DNA of 32,000 nt from Candidatus Competibacteraceae bacterium. GTDB lineage: Bacteria; Pseudomonadota; Gammaproteobacteria; Competibacterales; JAHEDQ01. The notes under the pieces were generated by a model. The model made no database searches. It was given only the letters and a program-made list of their open reading frames with translations, and was not told the DNA's origin. The stretch's first letter is position 1. The number at the start of each line of letters is the position of its first letter. The stretch covers positions 1-32,000 of the forward strand of contig JAHEDQ010000016.1 of assembly GCA_024641125.1 (NCBI GenBank). The letters are read 5' to 3'. This document shows, in pieces, positions 10,336-20,264 of this stretch. The translations under genes and the position numbers were made by a program.

Positions 10336-11348
10336 GGTTCGATCCTCTGCTCATGCCGCGCCGGCGCCTCCCGGCGGCCCTCGAGAAACAATGAAAGCAG
10401 GCGCTGGGCCGCCAGGGTGGGTGGTAGCTTGCCCAGTGCCACGGCAGCCTCGAACTCTGGCAGGCGACGGCGTGTCTCGGGGTCGGTGCGCAATGCAGTC
10501 AGCAGGCTGTCGGCGGTTTCCGACCACATCCACGCCGTCGCCTGCGCGGAACGGCGTGAGTCGAATTCGCCATTCTCGCGGCGAGACTCAGCATACGCCT
10601 GCATGATTTCCCAAACCTGGGCGATGCCGTCCTGTCGCAGCGACGAGCAGGTCAACACCTGCACCTGCCAGCCCAGAGAGCGGGGATGCAGCAACCGAAT
10701 CGCGTTACGATAATCCGCGGCGGCGCGCCCTGCGGCGGCGGCCAGATCGCCGTCGGCCTTGTTGATGAGAATCAGATCCGCCAGCTCAACTATGCCGCGC
10801 TTGATGCCCTGTAGCTCGTCGCCGCCGCCCGGCAGCAGCATCAGCACAAACATGTCGGTCATGTCGGCGACTTTGGTCTCGGACTGACCCACACCAACGG
10901 TCTCGACGAACACCACATCGTAGCCGGCGGCCTCACACAGCAACAGGCTCTCCTGGGTGCGCCGAGCAACGCCGCCCAGCGAACGACCCGCGGGCGAAGG
11001 CCGGATAAAAGCCTGCTCCCGGCGCGACAGGGTTTCCATTCGGGTCTTGTCCCCCAGAATGGACCCACCGCTGATGGCCGAGGACGGGTCCACCGACAGC
11101 ACGGCCAGTCGGTGGCCCTGATCGATCAGGTGGTTGCCCAGCGCCTCGATGAAGGTGGACTTGCCGACCCCGGGTACGCCCGAGATGCCGACCCGCAATG
11201 AACCGCCAGAATGGGGCGCCAAACGCTCAAGCAGATCCGCCGCTGCAAAGCGATGGTCCCGGCGCTGCGACTCGACCAGCGTAATTGCCCGTGCCAGAGC
11301 CCGTCGCTGCCCGGACAACACACCATGGGCCAGGGCATCGGGATTCAT
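10332..11348 (-). CDS. meaB: Methylmalonyl-CoA mutase-associated G-protein chaperone MeaB/ArgK
   Basis: Contains [11 protein letters not shown], the P-loop [27 protein letters not shown] and [10 protein letters not shown]. The ATG at 11348 gives an N-terminus of MeaB-like length. The tracked ORF begins upstream at a TTG/ATG that overlaps pccA. Confidence 0.9.
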   Translation of the reverse strand: MNPDALAHGVLSGQRRALARAITLVESQRRDHRFAAADLLERLAPHSGGSLRVGISGVPGVGKSTFIEALGNHLIDQGHRLAVLSVDPSSAISGGSILGDKTRMETLSRREQAFIRPSPAGRSLGGVARRTQESLLLCEAAGYDVVFVETVGVGQSETKVADMTDMFVLMLLPGGGDELQGIKRGIVELADLILINKADGDLAAAAGRAAADYRNAIRLLHPRSLGWQVQVLTCSSLRQDGIAQVWEIMQAYAESRRENGEFDSRRSAQATAWMWSETADSLLTALRTDPETRRRLPEFEAAVALGKLPPTLAAQRLLSLFLEGRREAPARHEQRIEP

Positions 11349-11376
11349 CGATCGGCCGGGGCCGGTAATGGCGGCG

Positions 11377-13362
11377 TTACTCAAACTCGAGAATCCTGTC
11401 ATCAACAGCCAGGCTGCTGCCTACCGCTGCCAGCACCGCACTCACAACCCCGTCTCGTTCCGCCCGCAGCGTGTTCTCCATTTTCATCGCCTCAACCACG
11501 GCCAGCTCCTCCCCAGCCTTGACGTCCTGTCCGGGCTCCACCGCAACCTTGACCAACAGGCCCGGCATCGGTGAGAGCAGATACTTGGACTGGTCAGGCG
11601 GCTGTTTCTCCGGCATGTGCTGGTACAACTCCGCCACTTTGGGCGTCAGCACCATGACATCCACCTGGGTGCCACCGTGTATCAACCGATACCAGATGTC
11701 GGTGCGCTCCACCTGTAAGCACAGCGACTCGCCGTTGAATGTGCCCTCCAGCAGAGGCTGACCAAACTGCCAGTCCGTGCGTACCGCATAGGCGGCACCA
11801 CCGAACTCCACATCGTAGCCACCAGTGGCCGGACGGACGGTTACCGGGTAATGCCGTCCGTCCATGAGCACAACCCAGTCATCCCGAACCCTGCGCTCAT
11901 GGCCCTGCATTTGGCCACTGATTTGGGCGGAGCGATCGCGGTAACGACGATTCACCGCCGCCGCAATGGCAACCACGCGCTCGGGTGCGTCATGGGGTGC
12001 GTCGGCGGGACGAAACCCGTCGGGATACTCGTCGCCGATCAGGTTGGTGCTCATGCGCCCGTCGACAAAGCGGGGGTGCACCATCAGGGCGGACAGGAAA
12101 GCGATATTGTGGGACACGCCGCGAATGTAGTATCGGTCCAGAGCCCCACGCATTCTCTCTATCGCCTCATCGCGGGTACGCCCGTAGGTGATGAGCTTGG
12201 CGATCATGGGATCGTAGTACATGGACACTTCGCCGCCTTCGTAGACCCCGGTGTCCACCCGGACACCGTGACCCTCGGGCGGCGGGAGATAGCGCACCAG
12301 ACGCCCGATGGACGGTAGAAAATTGCGGAACGGATCCTCGGCGTAGATCCTGGACTCGACGGCCCATCCCCTGAGCTGAACCCGGTCCTGGGACAGGGGC
12401 AAGCGCTCGCCGGCGGCAACCCGGATCATCAGTTCAACCAGGTCAAGTCCGGTGACCAGTTCAGTGACCGGGTGCTCAACCTGCAAACGGGTGTTCATCT
12501 CAAGAAAGTAAAAGTTCCGATTCTGATCGACGATGAACTCCACTGTTCCGGCGGATTGATAATCCACCGCACGGGCCAACGCCACAGCCTGTTCCCCCAT
12601 GGCTTCACGGGTCGCCGGGTCTATGAACGGCGAGGGCGCCTCCTCGATGACCTTCTGATGCCGGCGCTGCAGCGAACACTCCCGCTCACCGAGGTAGAGA
12701 ACGTTGCCGTGCTGATCGGCCATGATTTGAATTTCGATGTGCCGTGGTTCATCTATGAACTTCTCCAGAAACACACGATCGTCGCCGAAACTGGAGCGGG
12801 CCTCGTTGCTGGCACGCTCGAAGCCATCCCGGCACTCGGCATCGTCGCGGGCCACACGCATACCTTTGCCACCACCACCGGCGCTGGCCTTCAGCATGAC
12901 CGGGTAACCTATTTCACTGGCCACGCGCACGGCGTGCTCGGCGTCCGCGATCACACCGGTAAAGCCCGGGATGGTGCTTACGTCGGCCGCTTCGGCGAGT
13001 TTTTTGGAGGTGATCTTGTCCCCCATGGCCTCGATGGCGCGCACATTCGGACCGATGAAGGCGATGCCTTCCGCGGCCAGCGCCTGGGCGAACGCCGAGT
13101 TTTCGGACAGAAAACCGTAACCGGGATGGACCGCCTGAGCGCCGGTATCCTTGCACGCCTGCACAATACGCTCGATGACGAGATAGCTTTCTGCGGAAGG
13201 CGCCGGACCGATGTGCACGGCCTGGTCCGCCAGTTGCACATGCAGCGCGTCACGGTCGGCCTCGGAATGCACAGCTACAGTGGCAATGCCCATTTGCCGG
13301 GCGGTCTTGATGACGCGGCAGGCGATCTCGCCCCGGTTTGCGATGAGGATCTTGTCGAACAT
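11377..13362 (-). CDS. pccA: Propionyl-CoA carboxylase alpha subunit (biotin carboxylase plus biotinyl domain)
   Basis: 661 aa starting MFDKILIANRGEIACRVIKTA. It has the ATP-grasp core and a C-terminal biotinylation motif EAMKMEN. It is paired with pccB and mcm. Confidence 0.88.
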   Translation of the reverse strand: MFDKILIANRGEIACRVIKTARQMGIATVAVHSEADRDALHVQLADQAVHIGPAPSAESYLVIERIVQACKDTGAQAVHPGYGFLSENSAFAQALAAEGIAFIGPNVRAIEAMGDKITSKKLAEAADVSTIPGFTGVIADAEHAVRVASEIGYPVMLKASAGGGGKGMRVARDDAECRDGFERASNEARSSFGDDRVFLEKFIDEPRHIEIQIMADQHGNVLYLGERECSLQRRHQKVIEEAPSPFIDPATREAMGEQAVALARAVDYQSAGTVEFIVDQNRNFYFLEMNTRLQVEHPVTELVTGLDLVELMIRVAAGERLPLSQDRVQLRGWAVESRIYAEDPFRNFLPSIGRLVRYLPPPEGHGVRVDTGVYEGGEVSMYYDPMIAKLITYGRTRDEAIERMRGALDRYYIRGVSHNIAFLSALMVHPRFVDGRMSTNLIGDEYPDGFRPADAPHDAPERVVAIAAAVNRRYRDRSAQISGQMQGHERRVRDDWVVLMDGRHYPVTVRPATGGYDVEFGGAAYAVRTDWQFGQPLLEGTFNGESLCLQVERTDIWYRLIHGGTQVDVMVLTPKVAELYQHMPEKQPPDQSKYLLSPMPGLLVKVAVEPGQDVKAGEELAVVEAMKMENTLRAERDGVVSAVLAAVGSSLAVDDRILEFE

Positions 13363-13373
13363 GCTGCGTCTCC

Positions 13374-14906
13374 TCAGAGCGGAAGATTGCCGTGCTTACG
13401 CCAGGGATTGGTCAATTCCTTGTCGTGCAGCATGGCCAGCGAACGGCAGACGCGCTTGCGGGTGCTGTGGGGCGTGATCACATCGTCGATATAGCCCCTG
13501 GCGCCGGCGATAAAAGGATTGGCGAACTTGCGCCGATACTCTTCGGTCCGCTCAGCGATCCGCTGCGGGTCCTTCATGTCTTCGCGAAAAATGATCTCCA
13601 CCGCACCCTTGGGTCCCATGACCGCGATTTCCGCGGTGGGCCAGGCGAAATTCACATCGCCACGAAGATGTTTGGAGCTCATCACGTCGTAGGCACCGCC
13701 GTAGGCTTTGCGGGTTATCACCGTGACCTTGGGCACCGTCGCTTCGGCATAGGCATACAGCAGCTTGGCCCCGTGCTTGATGATGCCGCCGTACTCCTGA
13801 GCGGTGCCGGGCATGAAGCCGGGCACGTCCACAAAGGTGACGATCGGAATGTTGAATGCGTCGCAAAAGCGCACGAAACGCCCCGCTTTGATGGACGACT
13901 TGATGTCCAGACAACCCGCCAGCACGCTGGGCTGGTTTGCCACCACCCCGATGGGCTGACCATCCATGCGGGCGAATCCGACAATAATGTTCTGTGCGTG
14001 GTTGGGCTGAAGCTCACAGAAATCGCAGTCATCCACCACCTTGTAGATCAGTTCTTTCATGTCGTAAGGCTGGTTCGGGTTGTCCGGAATCAGCGTATCC
14101 AGGGACATATCCATGCGATCGGCACGATCAGGTGTCGGTCGAAACGGGGGCCGCTCACGATTGTTGGCGGGGAGATAGTTGATAAAGCGCCTCACCATGA
14201 GCAACGTTTCCACATCGTTGTCCCAAGCGCGATCACAGACCCCGGATAGCGTGGAATGGGTGCCGGCGCCCCCCAACTCTTCCGCCGTAACCTCCTCGTG
14301 GGTGACGGTCTTGACCACATCGGGCCCGGTGACAAACATGTACGAGCTGTCTCGCACCATGAAGATGAAGTCGGTCATGGCCGGCGAGTAGACCGCACCG
14401 CCTGCGCAGGGGCCCATGATCACCGAGATTTGCGGTATCACCCCGGAGGCCAGCACGTTGCGTTGGAACACCTCGGCATAGCCACCGAGGGAGGCCACGC
14501 CTTCCTGTATGCGGGCGCCACCTGAGTCGTTCAAACCGATAACCGGCGCACCAACCTTGATCGCCTGATCCATGATCTTGCAGATTTTTTCCGCGTGAGC
14601 CTCGGACAGGGAGCCTCCGAACACGGTGAAATCCTGGCTGTAGACAAAAACCACACGCCCGTTGACCGTGCCATAGCCGGTGACGACCCCGTCACTGGGT
14701 ATCTTCTTGTCGGCCATGCCGAAATCGGTGCAGCGGTGTTCGACGAACATGTCCCATTCCTCGAAGCTGCCCTCATCCAGTAACACCTCGATGCGCTCAC
14801 GGGCGGTGAGCTTGCCCTTGCCATGCTGGGCATCGATACGGCCCTGGCCACCGCCAAGCTCTGCCGCACGGCGAGTCTGTTCTAGTTGCTGAATGATCTC
14901 TTGCAT
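13374..14906 (-). CDS. pccB: Propionyl-CoA carboxylase beta subunit (carboxyltransferase)
   Basis: Carboxyltransferase signatures are present ([42 protein letters not shown]). The ATG at 14906 follows a G-rich SD. The tracked 529-aa ORF has a 19-aa non-homologous extension. Confidence 0.9.
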   Translation of the reverse strand: MQEIIQQLEQTRRAAELGGGQGRIDAQHGKGKLTARERIEVLLDEGSFEEWDMFVEHRCTDFGMADKKIPSDGVVTGYGTVNGRVVFVYSQDFTVFGGSLSEAHAEKICKIMDQAIKVGAPVIGLNDSGGARIQEGVASLGGYAEVFQRNVLASGVIPQISVIMGPCAGGAVYSPAMTDFIFMVRDSSYMFVTGPDVVKTVTHEEVTAEELGGAGTHSTLSGVCDRAWDNDVETLLMVRRFINYLPANNRERPPFRPTPDRADRMDMSLDTLIPDNPNQPYDMKELIYKVVDDCDFCELQPNHAQNIIVGFARMDGQPIGVVANQPSVLAGCLDIKSSIKAGRFVRFCDAFNIPIVTFVDVPGFMPGTAQEYGGIIKHGAKLLYAYAEATVPKVTVITRKAYGGAYDVMSSKHLRGDVNFAWPTAEIAVMGPKGAVEIIFREDMKDPQRIAERTEEYRRKFANPFIAGARGYIDDVITPHSTRKRVCRSLAMLHDKELTNPWRKHGNLPL

Positions 14907-15000
14907 GGAACCCCCCAGGGTCACGTCAGGGCATGATCCGCCCCAGGTCGAGCGAATCCGCAACCGGCACGAGCCGCCGCGATGCCGATTGGCGTCTTGG

Positions 15001-17154
15001 TCAGACCGGAATACGGCGCGCGCGTATGAGCTTCAACACCTCGCTGGCGGCCTCGGGAATGTTGGTTCCTGGCCCGTAAACGGCGGCCACCCCCATGTCC
15101 AGAAGGAGCGGATGATCCTGGGGCGGAATTACGCCGCCGCAAACCACGATGATGTCACCCGCACCCTCCGCCGCCAGACCCGAGATCACCTGCGGCACCA
15201 GGGTCTTATGCGCGGCGGCCTGGGAGGATATACCCACCACGTGAACGTCGTTCTCGATCGCCTGGCGGACCGCTTCGTCCGGTGTCTGAAACAGCGGACC
15301 GATGTCCACATCGAAACCGATATCGGCGAAGGCGGTGGCGATGATCTTGGCACCACGGTCGTGACCATCCTGACCCAGTTTGCACACCATCAGCCGGGGT
15401 CGGCGGCCCTCCTCCTCGGCGAAGGCGTCCACCTCAGCCTTGATGCGGGCGAACCCTTCGTCGCCCTCATAGGCAGAGCCATAGACCCCAGCAATGGAGC
15501 GGGTAACGGCACGATGGCGGCTGTACACCAACTCCAAAGCGTCGGATATTTCCCCCACGCTTGCCCGCGCGCGGGCGGCATCCACCGCCAGGGCCAACAG
15601 GTTACCGGTATCGTCGCGGGCGGCGGCGCTCAAGGCATCCAGCGCCGCTCTGCAGGCGGCAGGGTCACGGCTGGCACGCACGGCCTCCAGACGTTCGATC
15701 TGGGACGCACGCACCGCACTGTTGTCGATGTCCCGGATATCCACCGGCGGTTCCTGCTCGAGTTGATAGCGATTTACGCCTACGATCACCTCCTCACCTC
15801 GGTCGATTCGGGCCTGGCGCAGGGCAGCGGCTTCCTCGATTCGCAACTTGGGCATGCCCGACTCCACCGCGCGGGTCATGCCGCCCAGTTCTTCGACCTC
15901 ATCGATCAGCGACCGGGCCGCGCGCACCAGCTCACCGGTCAGGGACTCCAGGTAGTAAGAGCCGGCCAGCGGGTCCACCACCTTGGTCAGCCCGGCTTCC
16001 TCCTGCAGCACCAGTTGGGTATTACGCGCAATGCGGGCCGAGAACTCAGTGGGCAAAGCCAGCGCTTCATCGAAGGAATTGGTGTGCAGCGACTGGGTCC
16101 CGCCAAAGGCGGCCGCCATCGCCTCCACCGTGGTGCGGATGATGTTGTTGTAGGGGTCATTGGCGGTCAGGCTTACACCCGATGTCTGGCAGTGGGTGCG
16201 CAACATCAGCGAGCGTGGATCACTCGGCGCGAACTTCTCCTGCATCAGGGTCGCCCAGAGCAGGCGTGCGGCACGAAGTTTGGCCACTTCCATAAAAAAG
16301 TTCATGCCAATGGCGAAGAAGAAGGAAAGCCTGGGCGCGAACGCGTCCACAGCCAGGCCCCGGGATTCGGCGGCCCGTACATACTCGATGCCGTCGGCGA
16401 TGGTAAATGCCAGTTCCTGAACACAGGTCGCACCCGCTTCCTGCATGTGGTATCCAGAAATGGAGACCGAGTTGAACCTCGGCATGTACTCGGAGGTGTA
16501 GGCGATGATATCGGCCACGATGCGCATGGACGGCGCGGGCGGGTAAATGTAGGTATTGCGGACCATGAACTCCTTGAGAATGTCGTTCTGGATCGTCCCC
16601 GCCAATTTCTCGGGGGAAACACCCTGTTCCTCACCCGCCACGATGTACATGGCCATGACCGGCAGCACGGCGCCGTTCATGGTCATGGACACGGACATCT
16701 GGTCGAGCGGAATACCATCGAACAGAATTTTCATGTCCTCGACCGAATCGATCGCAACGCCAGCTTTGCCGACATCGCCCTCCACCCGCGGGTGGTCAGA
16801 GTCGTAACCACGGTGGGTGGCCAGATCGAAGGCCACAGACAGGCCCTTCTGACCCGCCGCCAGATTGCGTCGATAGAAGGCATTCGAGGCCTCAGCGGTC
16901 GAGAACCCAGCGTACTGACGTACGGTCCATGGGCGCCCCGCATACATGGTGGCCTTGGGGCCGCGCACATACGGGCTAAACCCGGGCAGCGATCCCAAAT
17001 GATCCAGTCCGACGAGATCCTCCGCGGTGTACAGCGGCTTGACCTCTATGCCCTCGGGAGTCCGCCAGTTCAGCGCATCCGGCGACTGTCCCTTGCATTC
17101 TTTCTCGGCCAGACGCCGCCAGTCACTAAGTGAGGTGTCCGGGAAATCGCTCAT
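15001..17154 (-). CDS. scpA: Methylmalonyl-CoA mutase, single-polypeptide type with a C-terminal B12-binding domain
   Basis: About 717 aa with RTIRQYAGF-like ([12 protein letters not shown]), the [10 protein letters not shown] motif, and a C-terminal DGHDRGAKI cobalamin-binding segment. The ATG at 17154 follows GGAG. An alternative ATG lies at 17166. Confidence 0.92.
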   Translation of the reverse strand: MSDFPDTSLSDWRRLAEKECKGQSPDALNWRTPEGIEVKPLYTAEDLVGLDHLGSLPGFSPYVRGPKATMYAGRPWTVRQYAGFSTAEASNAFYRRNLAAGQKGLSVAFDLATHRGYDSDHPRVEGDVGKAGVAIDSVEDMKILFDGIPLDQMSVSMTMNGAVLPVMAMYIVAGEEQGVSPEKLAGTIQNDILKEFMVRNTYIYPPAPSMRIVADIIAYTSEYMPRFNSVSISGYHMQEAGATCVQELAFTIADGIEYVRAAESRGLAVDAFAPRLSFFFAIGMNFFMEVAKLRAARLLWATLMQEKFAPSDPRSLMLRTHCQTSGVSLTANDPYNNIIRTTVEAMAAAFGGTQSLHTNSFDEALALPTEFSARIARNTQLVLQEEAGLTKVVDPLAGSYYLESLTGELVRAARSLIDEVEELGGMTRAVESGMPKLRIEEAAALRQARIDRGEEVIVGVNRYQLEQEPPVDIRDIDNSAVRASQIERLEAVRASRDPAACRAALDALSAAARDDTGNLLALAVDAARARASVGEISDALELVYSRHRAVTRSIAGVYGSAYEGDEGFARIKAEVDAFAEEEGRRPRLMVCKLGQDGHDRGAKIIATAFADIGFDVDIGPLFQTPDEAVRQAIENDVHVVGISSQAAAHKTLVPQVISGLAAEGAGDIIVVCGGVIPPQDHPLLLDMGVAAVYGPGTNIPEAASEVLKLIRARRIPV

Positions 17155-17202
17155 CGCTCGCTCCATTCTGTATTGGGAACTCTGATTCCGGTCATGCTGT
17201 GC

Positions 17203-17826
17203 TCAAGGGCGCCGGGCTTCGGAACGGCGCTGCAGCCCCCGCCAGAGAACCGGAAGCGCTGCCGCGGCAATGGCCAACTTGAGGGCGTCGCCCAGCAGAA
17301 ACGGCGTCAGCCCCCATTCCAGTATGGGTTTGTCCCATCCGAACAACCAACCCAGCCAAAGCAGGCCGGGTATGTACAACACCAGGTTGCCCATCAGCAT
17401 CATCAGGACCGTCGAACCGATGCGCCGATCCCAGCCGCGCTCGGCCAGCCAGCCCACAACCACGGCGGCCAAAAGGAATCCAGCCAGGTATCCGGCGGTG
17501 GGGCCCACCATGTACGCCAAGCCAATGCCCTTCTCCGGCGTGCCTGCGAACACCGGCAGGCCGACCGCGCCCTGGGCGAGATACAGCAGCACGGTGGCGC
17601 CTCCCAGCCGCCAGCCGTAGGCCACGCCGATCATCAATACGACCAGCGTGGTCATGGTCATGGGTACTGGGTAGAAGGGAATCTGGACCTTGGCCGATAA
17701 AGTCAAAAGCAGCGTGCCCGCCAGCGCCAGGGTCACGTTGCGCCAGGCGTCTCGGGTGACGCGCCCGTGCCCGGCTTCGGGCCAGATCGTCCCCATCAAC
17801 GTCGGGTGTTGAAGCGAATAGGACAT
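17203..17826 (-). CDS. bioY: Biotin transporter BioY (solitary S-component; no bioMN nearby)
   Basis: 207-aa polytopic ORF with BioY-typical segments (VPMTMTTLVVLMIG, GPTAGYLAGFLLAA). Confidence 0.82.
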   Translation of the reverse strand: MSYSLQHPTLMGTIWPEAGHGRVTRDAWRNVTLALAGTLLLTLSAKVQIPFYPVPMTMTTLVVLMIGVAYGWRLGGATVLLYLAQGAVGLPVFAGTPEKGIGLAYMVGPTAGYLAGFLLAAVVVGWLAERGWDRRIGSTVLMMLMGNLVLYIPGLLWLGWLFGWDKPILEWGLTPFLLGDALKLAIAAAALPVLWRGLQRRSEARRP

Positions 17827-17858
17827 GCTTTAAACCTCGCTCACAATTAGATTGGATG

Positions 17859-17876
17859 CCCCGCCCGGAGGCGGGG
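17859..17876 (-). other. GC hairpin (CCCCGCC-ucCG-GGCGGGG) between micro-ORF 2 and bioY, with no U-tract
   Basis: 7-bp perfect stem with a 4-nt loop, read directly from the sequence. It lies 33 nt upstream of the bioY ATG. Function is unknown (attenuator, processing or stability element). Confidence 0.35.
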
Positions 17877-17942
17877 ACGGTTCTCGATGGGCACAACAGT
17901 TAGTGTGCGGGATGGCTCGAAGCTACCTCGGGAGCCTCTGAT

Positions 17943-18047
17943 CTATTCGTGAACGCGCATCCTGGGACTGAACTGGCCAGCTTCATGGTTGCAAATCTTG
18001 GCAATGGAACAACTATTACCCGCGATCTGCGCCTTGAAACTGCACAT
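17943..18047 (-). CDS. Candidate micro-ORF 2 (34 codons, MCSFKAQIAGNSCSIAKICNHEAGQFSPRMRVHE)
   Basis: GGAGGG lies 4 nt upstream of the ATG at 18047. It is paralogous to the element at 5433-5570 and starts 44 nt after the prpE stop. It is the C-terminal part of the tracked 64-aa ORF. Confidence 0.5.
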   Translation of the reverse strand: MCSFKAQIAGNSCSIAKICNHEAGQFSPRMRVHE

Positions 18048-18090
18048 TTCACCCTCCGACCTGCTTCGCCCGGAATGAATCAGAGCCTCT

Positions 18091-19980
18091 CTAAGGCTGG
18101 ACGGCCTCGCGCACCGCTTCCAGGGAAGCGGGATCATCCAGGGTGGTCAAGTCGCCCGGATCGCGCCCTTCGGCCAGGGCCTGGATACTGCGTCGTAACA
18201 GTTTGCCGGATCGAGTCTTGGGCAGCGCGTTGACGAAATGCACATGCTTCGGCCGCGCCACCGGACCCAGGGACTTCACCACAACGGCCTTGATAGCGGT
18301 CTCCAGGGCAGCGGCCTTGTCCGGCGTATCGACTTCTTCCGGGTTCTTCAACACCGTGAAGGCGACCGCCTCCTGTCCCTTCAACTCGTCCTGGACCCCG
18401 ACCACCGCCACTTCGGCTACCGAATCATGCTGGCTGACCGCCTCCTCGATCTCGCGGGTGCCGAGACGATGACCGGCCACATTGATCACGTCATCCGTGC
18501 GACCGAGAATAAAAAAGTAGCCGTCGGGATCCCGCACCGCCCAGTCAGAGCTGGTATACAGCAACTCCTTGAAATCCGAAAAGTAGCTCTTCATGAACCG
18601 GGCGTCGTCACCCCAAACCGTGGTCAGGCAGCCCGGCGGCAGAGGGGGCACCACGACCAGCACGCCCTTCTCGTCCGGTCCAGCATCACCGCCGGTAGCC
18701 TCGTTGATCACGCGAATGTTGAAACCGTAGTTGGCGAAACCCGGGGAACCAAATCGATTGGGTTTGAGATCGACACCGGGCAAATACGTCAACATGGCCC
18801 AGCCGGTCTCGGTTTGCCAGTAGTGGTCGATGACCGGTACGCCGAGGCCGTCGGAAATCCATCGTGAGGTGGGCTCGTCCAGTGGCTCCCCTGCCAGAAA
18901 CAGATACCGCAGACTGCTGAGATCGTATTTGCTGAGATACTCCGGATCCTGTTTCTTCAGGACCCGTACCGCGGTGGGGGAGCTGAACATCGTGGTGACC
19001 GAGTAATCCTGGACGATCTTCCACCAGATCCCCGCATCCGGGCGGGTCGGCAAACCCTCGTAAACGATGGTCGTCATGCCGTTGATCAAGGGCCCGTAGA
19101 CAATGTAGGAATGACCCACTACCCAGCCGATGTCGGAGGTGGTCAACATGGCTTCGCCGGGATGGGCGTCATACACATGCTTCATGGAGGCGGCCAGCGC
19201 AACCGCGTATCCGCCCACGTCCCGCTGCACACCCTTTGGCTTGCCGGTGGTCCCCGAGGTGTAGAGCACATAGCTGGGTTCATTCGATTCCATCCAGGCG
19301 CAAGGGACTTCCGCATCCATGTGCTGCTCACGCAACGTTGCGTAGTCCTCGTCACGCCCAGGCGTGACGGGCATGTCCGGCACCAGACCCCGGTTGACGA
19401 TCAGGACTTTGGCCGGCGGGTACTCGGCCAGTTCGCACGCGCTGTCCACAAGATGCTTGTACGGCACCGGTTTGCCGTTGCGCATGCCTGCATCGGAGGT
19501 AATGAGGACCTTGGGCTTTGCATCATCGATGCGGACCGCCAGATTGGCGGCGGCAAAACCGCCGAACACCACCGAATGGACAACACCCAGACGGGCGCAG
19601 GCCAGCATGGCGAAAACCGCCTCCGCCACCATCGGCATATATATGACAGCCCGATCACCGCGGTCGACACCCAGGCTCTGCAGCACCGCGGCAAACCGAT
19701 TGACCTCACGATAAGCTTCGGCGTAGGTGTAGCTGACGGTTTGTCCGGTCTCGGTGGAGATGTACACCACCGCCGGCTGGTCGGCTCTGTCCTTCAGATG
19801 GCGGTCGATGGCGTTGTAGCAGAGGTTGGTCTCACCGCCTACAAACCAGCTTCGAAATGGCGGATTGCTATAGTCCAGGATCTTTTCGGGTGGTTTGTGC
19901 CAATGGATCAGTTCCGCCTGCTCGGCCCAGAATGCCTCGGGTTGCTCGATCGACCGGCGATGAAATTCTTCATAATTCAT
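18091..19980 (-). CDS. prpE: Propionate--CoA ligase (propionyl-CoA synthetase)
   Basis: 629 aa, co-linear with my recollection of E. coli PrpE (EFHRRSIEQPEAFWAEQA, YTSGTTGKPKGVQRDVGGYAV, LPKTRSGKLLRRSIQALAEGRDPGDLTTLDDP). A strong SD (GGAGGAGGGG) precedes the ATG. Confidence 0.9.
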   Translation of the reverse strand: MNYEEFHRRSIEQPEAFWAEQAELIHWHKPPEKILDYSNPPFRSWFVGGETNLCYNAIDRHLKDRADQPAVVYISTETGQTVSYTYAEAYREVNRFAAVLQSLGVDRGDRAVIYMPMVAEAVFAMLACARLGVVHSVVFGGFAAANLAVRIDDAKPKVLITSDAGMRNGKPVPYKHLVDSACELAEYPPAKVLIVNRGLVPDMPVTPGRDEDYATLREQHMDAEVPCAWMESNEPSYVLYTSGTTGKPKGVQRDVGGYAVALAASMKHVYDAHPGEAMLTTSDIGWVVGHSYIVYGPLINGMTTIVYEGLPTRPDAGIWWKIVQDYSVTTMFSSPTAVRVLKKQDPEYLSKYDLSSLRYLFLAGEPLDEPTSRWISDGLGVPVIDHYWQTETGWAMLTYLPGVDLKPNRFGSPGFANYGFNIRVINEATGGDAGPDEKGVLVVVPPLPPGCLTTVWGDDARFMKSYFSDFKELLYTSSDWAVRDPDGYFFILGRTDDVINVAGHRLGTREIEEAVSQHDSVAEVAVVGVQDELKGQEAVAFTVLKNPEEVDTPDKAAALETAIKAVVVKSLGPVARPKHVHFVNALPKTRSGKLLRRSIQALAEGRDPGDLTTLDDPASLEAVREAVQP

Positions 19981-20164
19981 TGAATCTGCCCCTCCTCCAA
20001 ACGAACCTGAATCCCGATGTCTGAACCCTCTGGGCTGGGATCATCGGAACGCAATCAACGGGTGATTTGAATCCAACTCTCAAACCATCACAGGTGCAAT
20101 CTTATGTCATGTATGGGCACCGAAAGAGAGCATAAATATACACAATTAAATTGGCGCCACCATG

Positions 20165-20180
20165 AGTTATATCAATAACT
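20165..20180. promoter_or_regulatory. Perfect inverted repeat AGTTAT-ATCA-ATAACT in the AT-rich region upstream of prpE (candidate operator)
   Basis: Read directly from the sequence. It lies about 185 nt upstream of the prpE ATG, inside the only markedly AT-rich stretch of this part of the window. Confidence 0.25.
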
Positions 20181-20202
20181 AATATTGGCTCGCTACAAAG
20201 AT

Positions 20203-20229
20203 AAAAAGGGCGCCCTGGGGCGCCCTTTT
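20203..20229 (-). terminator. Rho-independent terminator after mdh (symmetric, flanked by an A-run and a T-run)
   Basis: AAAAA-GGGCGCC-CTGG-GGCGCCC-TTTT, located 40 nt downstream of the mdh stop. Confidence 0.75.
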
Positions 20230-20264
20230 CCGCTGGGGAAGGGCCTGGACCACAGGCGATCAAC

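Noticed and set aside
14893-17133. 746-aa plus-strand ORF. Similar long shadow ORFs occur at 25424-27235, 8720-9847, 12472-13494, 23056-24090 and 19111-19983.
   Set aside because: All lie antisense to genes with unmistakable family signatures (mcm, icd, maeB, pccA, lutB, prpE). Their translations are low-complexity and rich in Arg, Gly, His and Pro, with no motifs. They are typical stop-codon-poor antisense frames of GC-rich DNA.
17827-17858. BirA-operator-like half-sites (TTGTGAGC / GGTTTAAAG) just upstream of bioY.
   Set aside because: The two halves are adjacent rather than separated by the ~15-nt spacer of the TTGTAAACC-N-GGTTTACAA operator. Each half also carries several mismatches.
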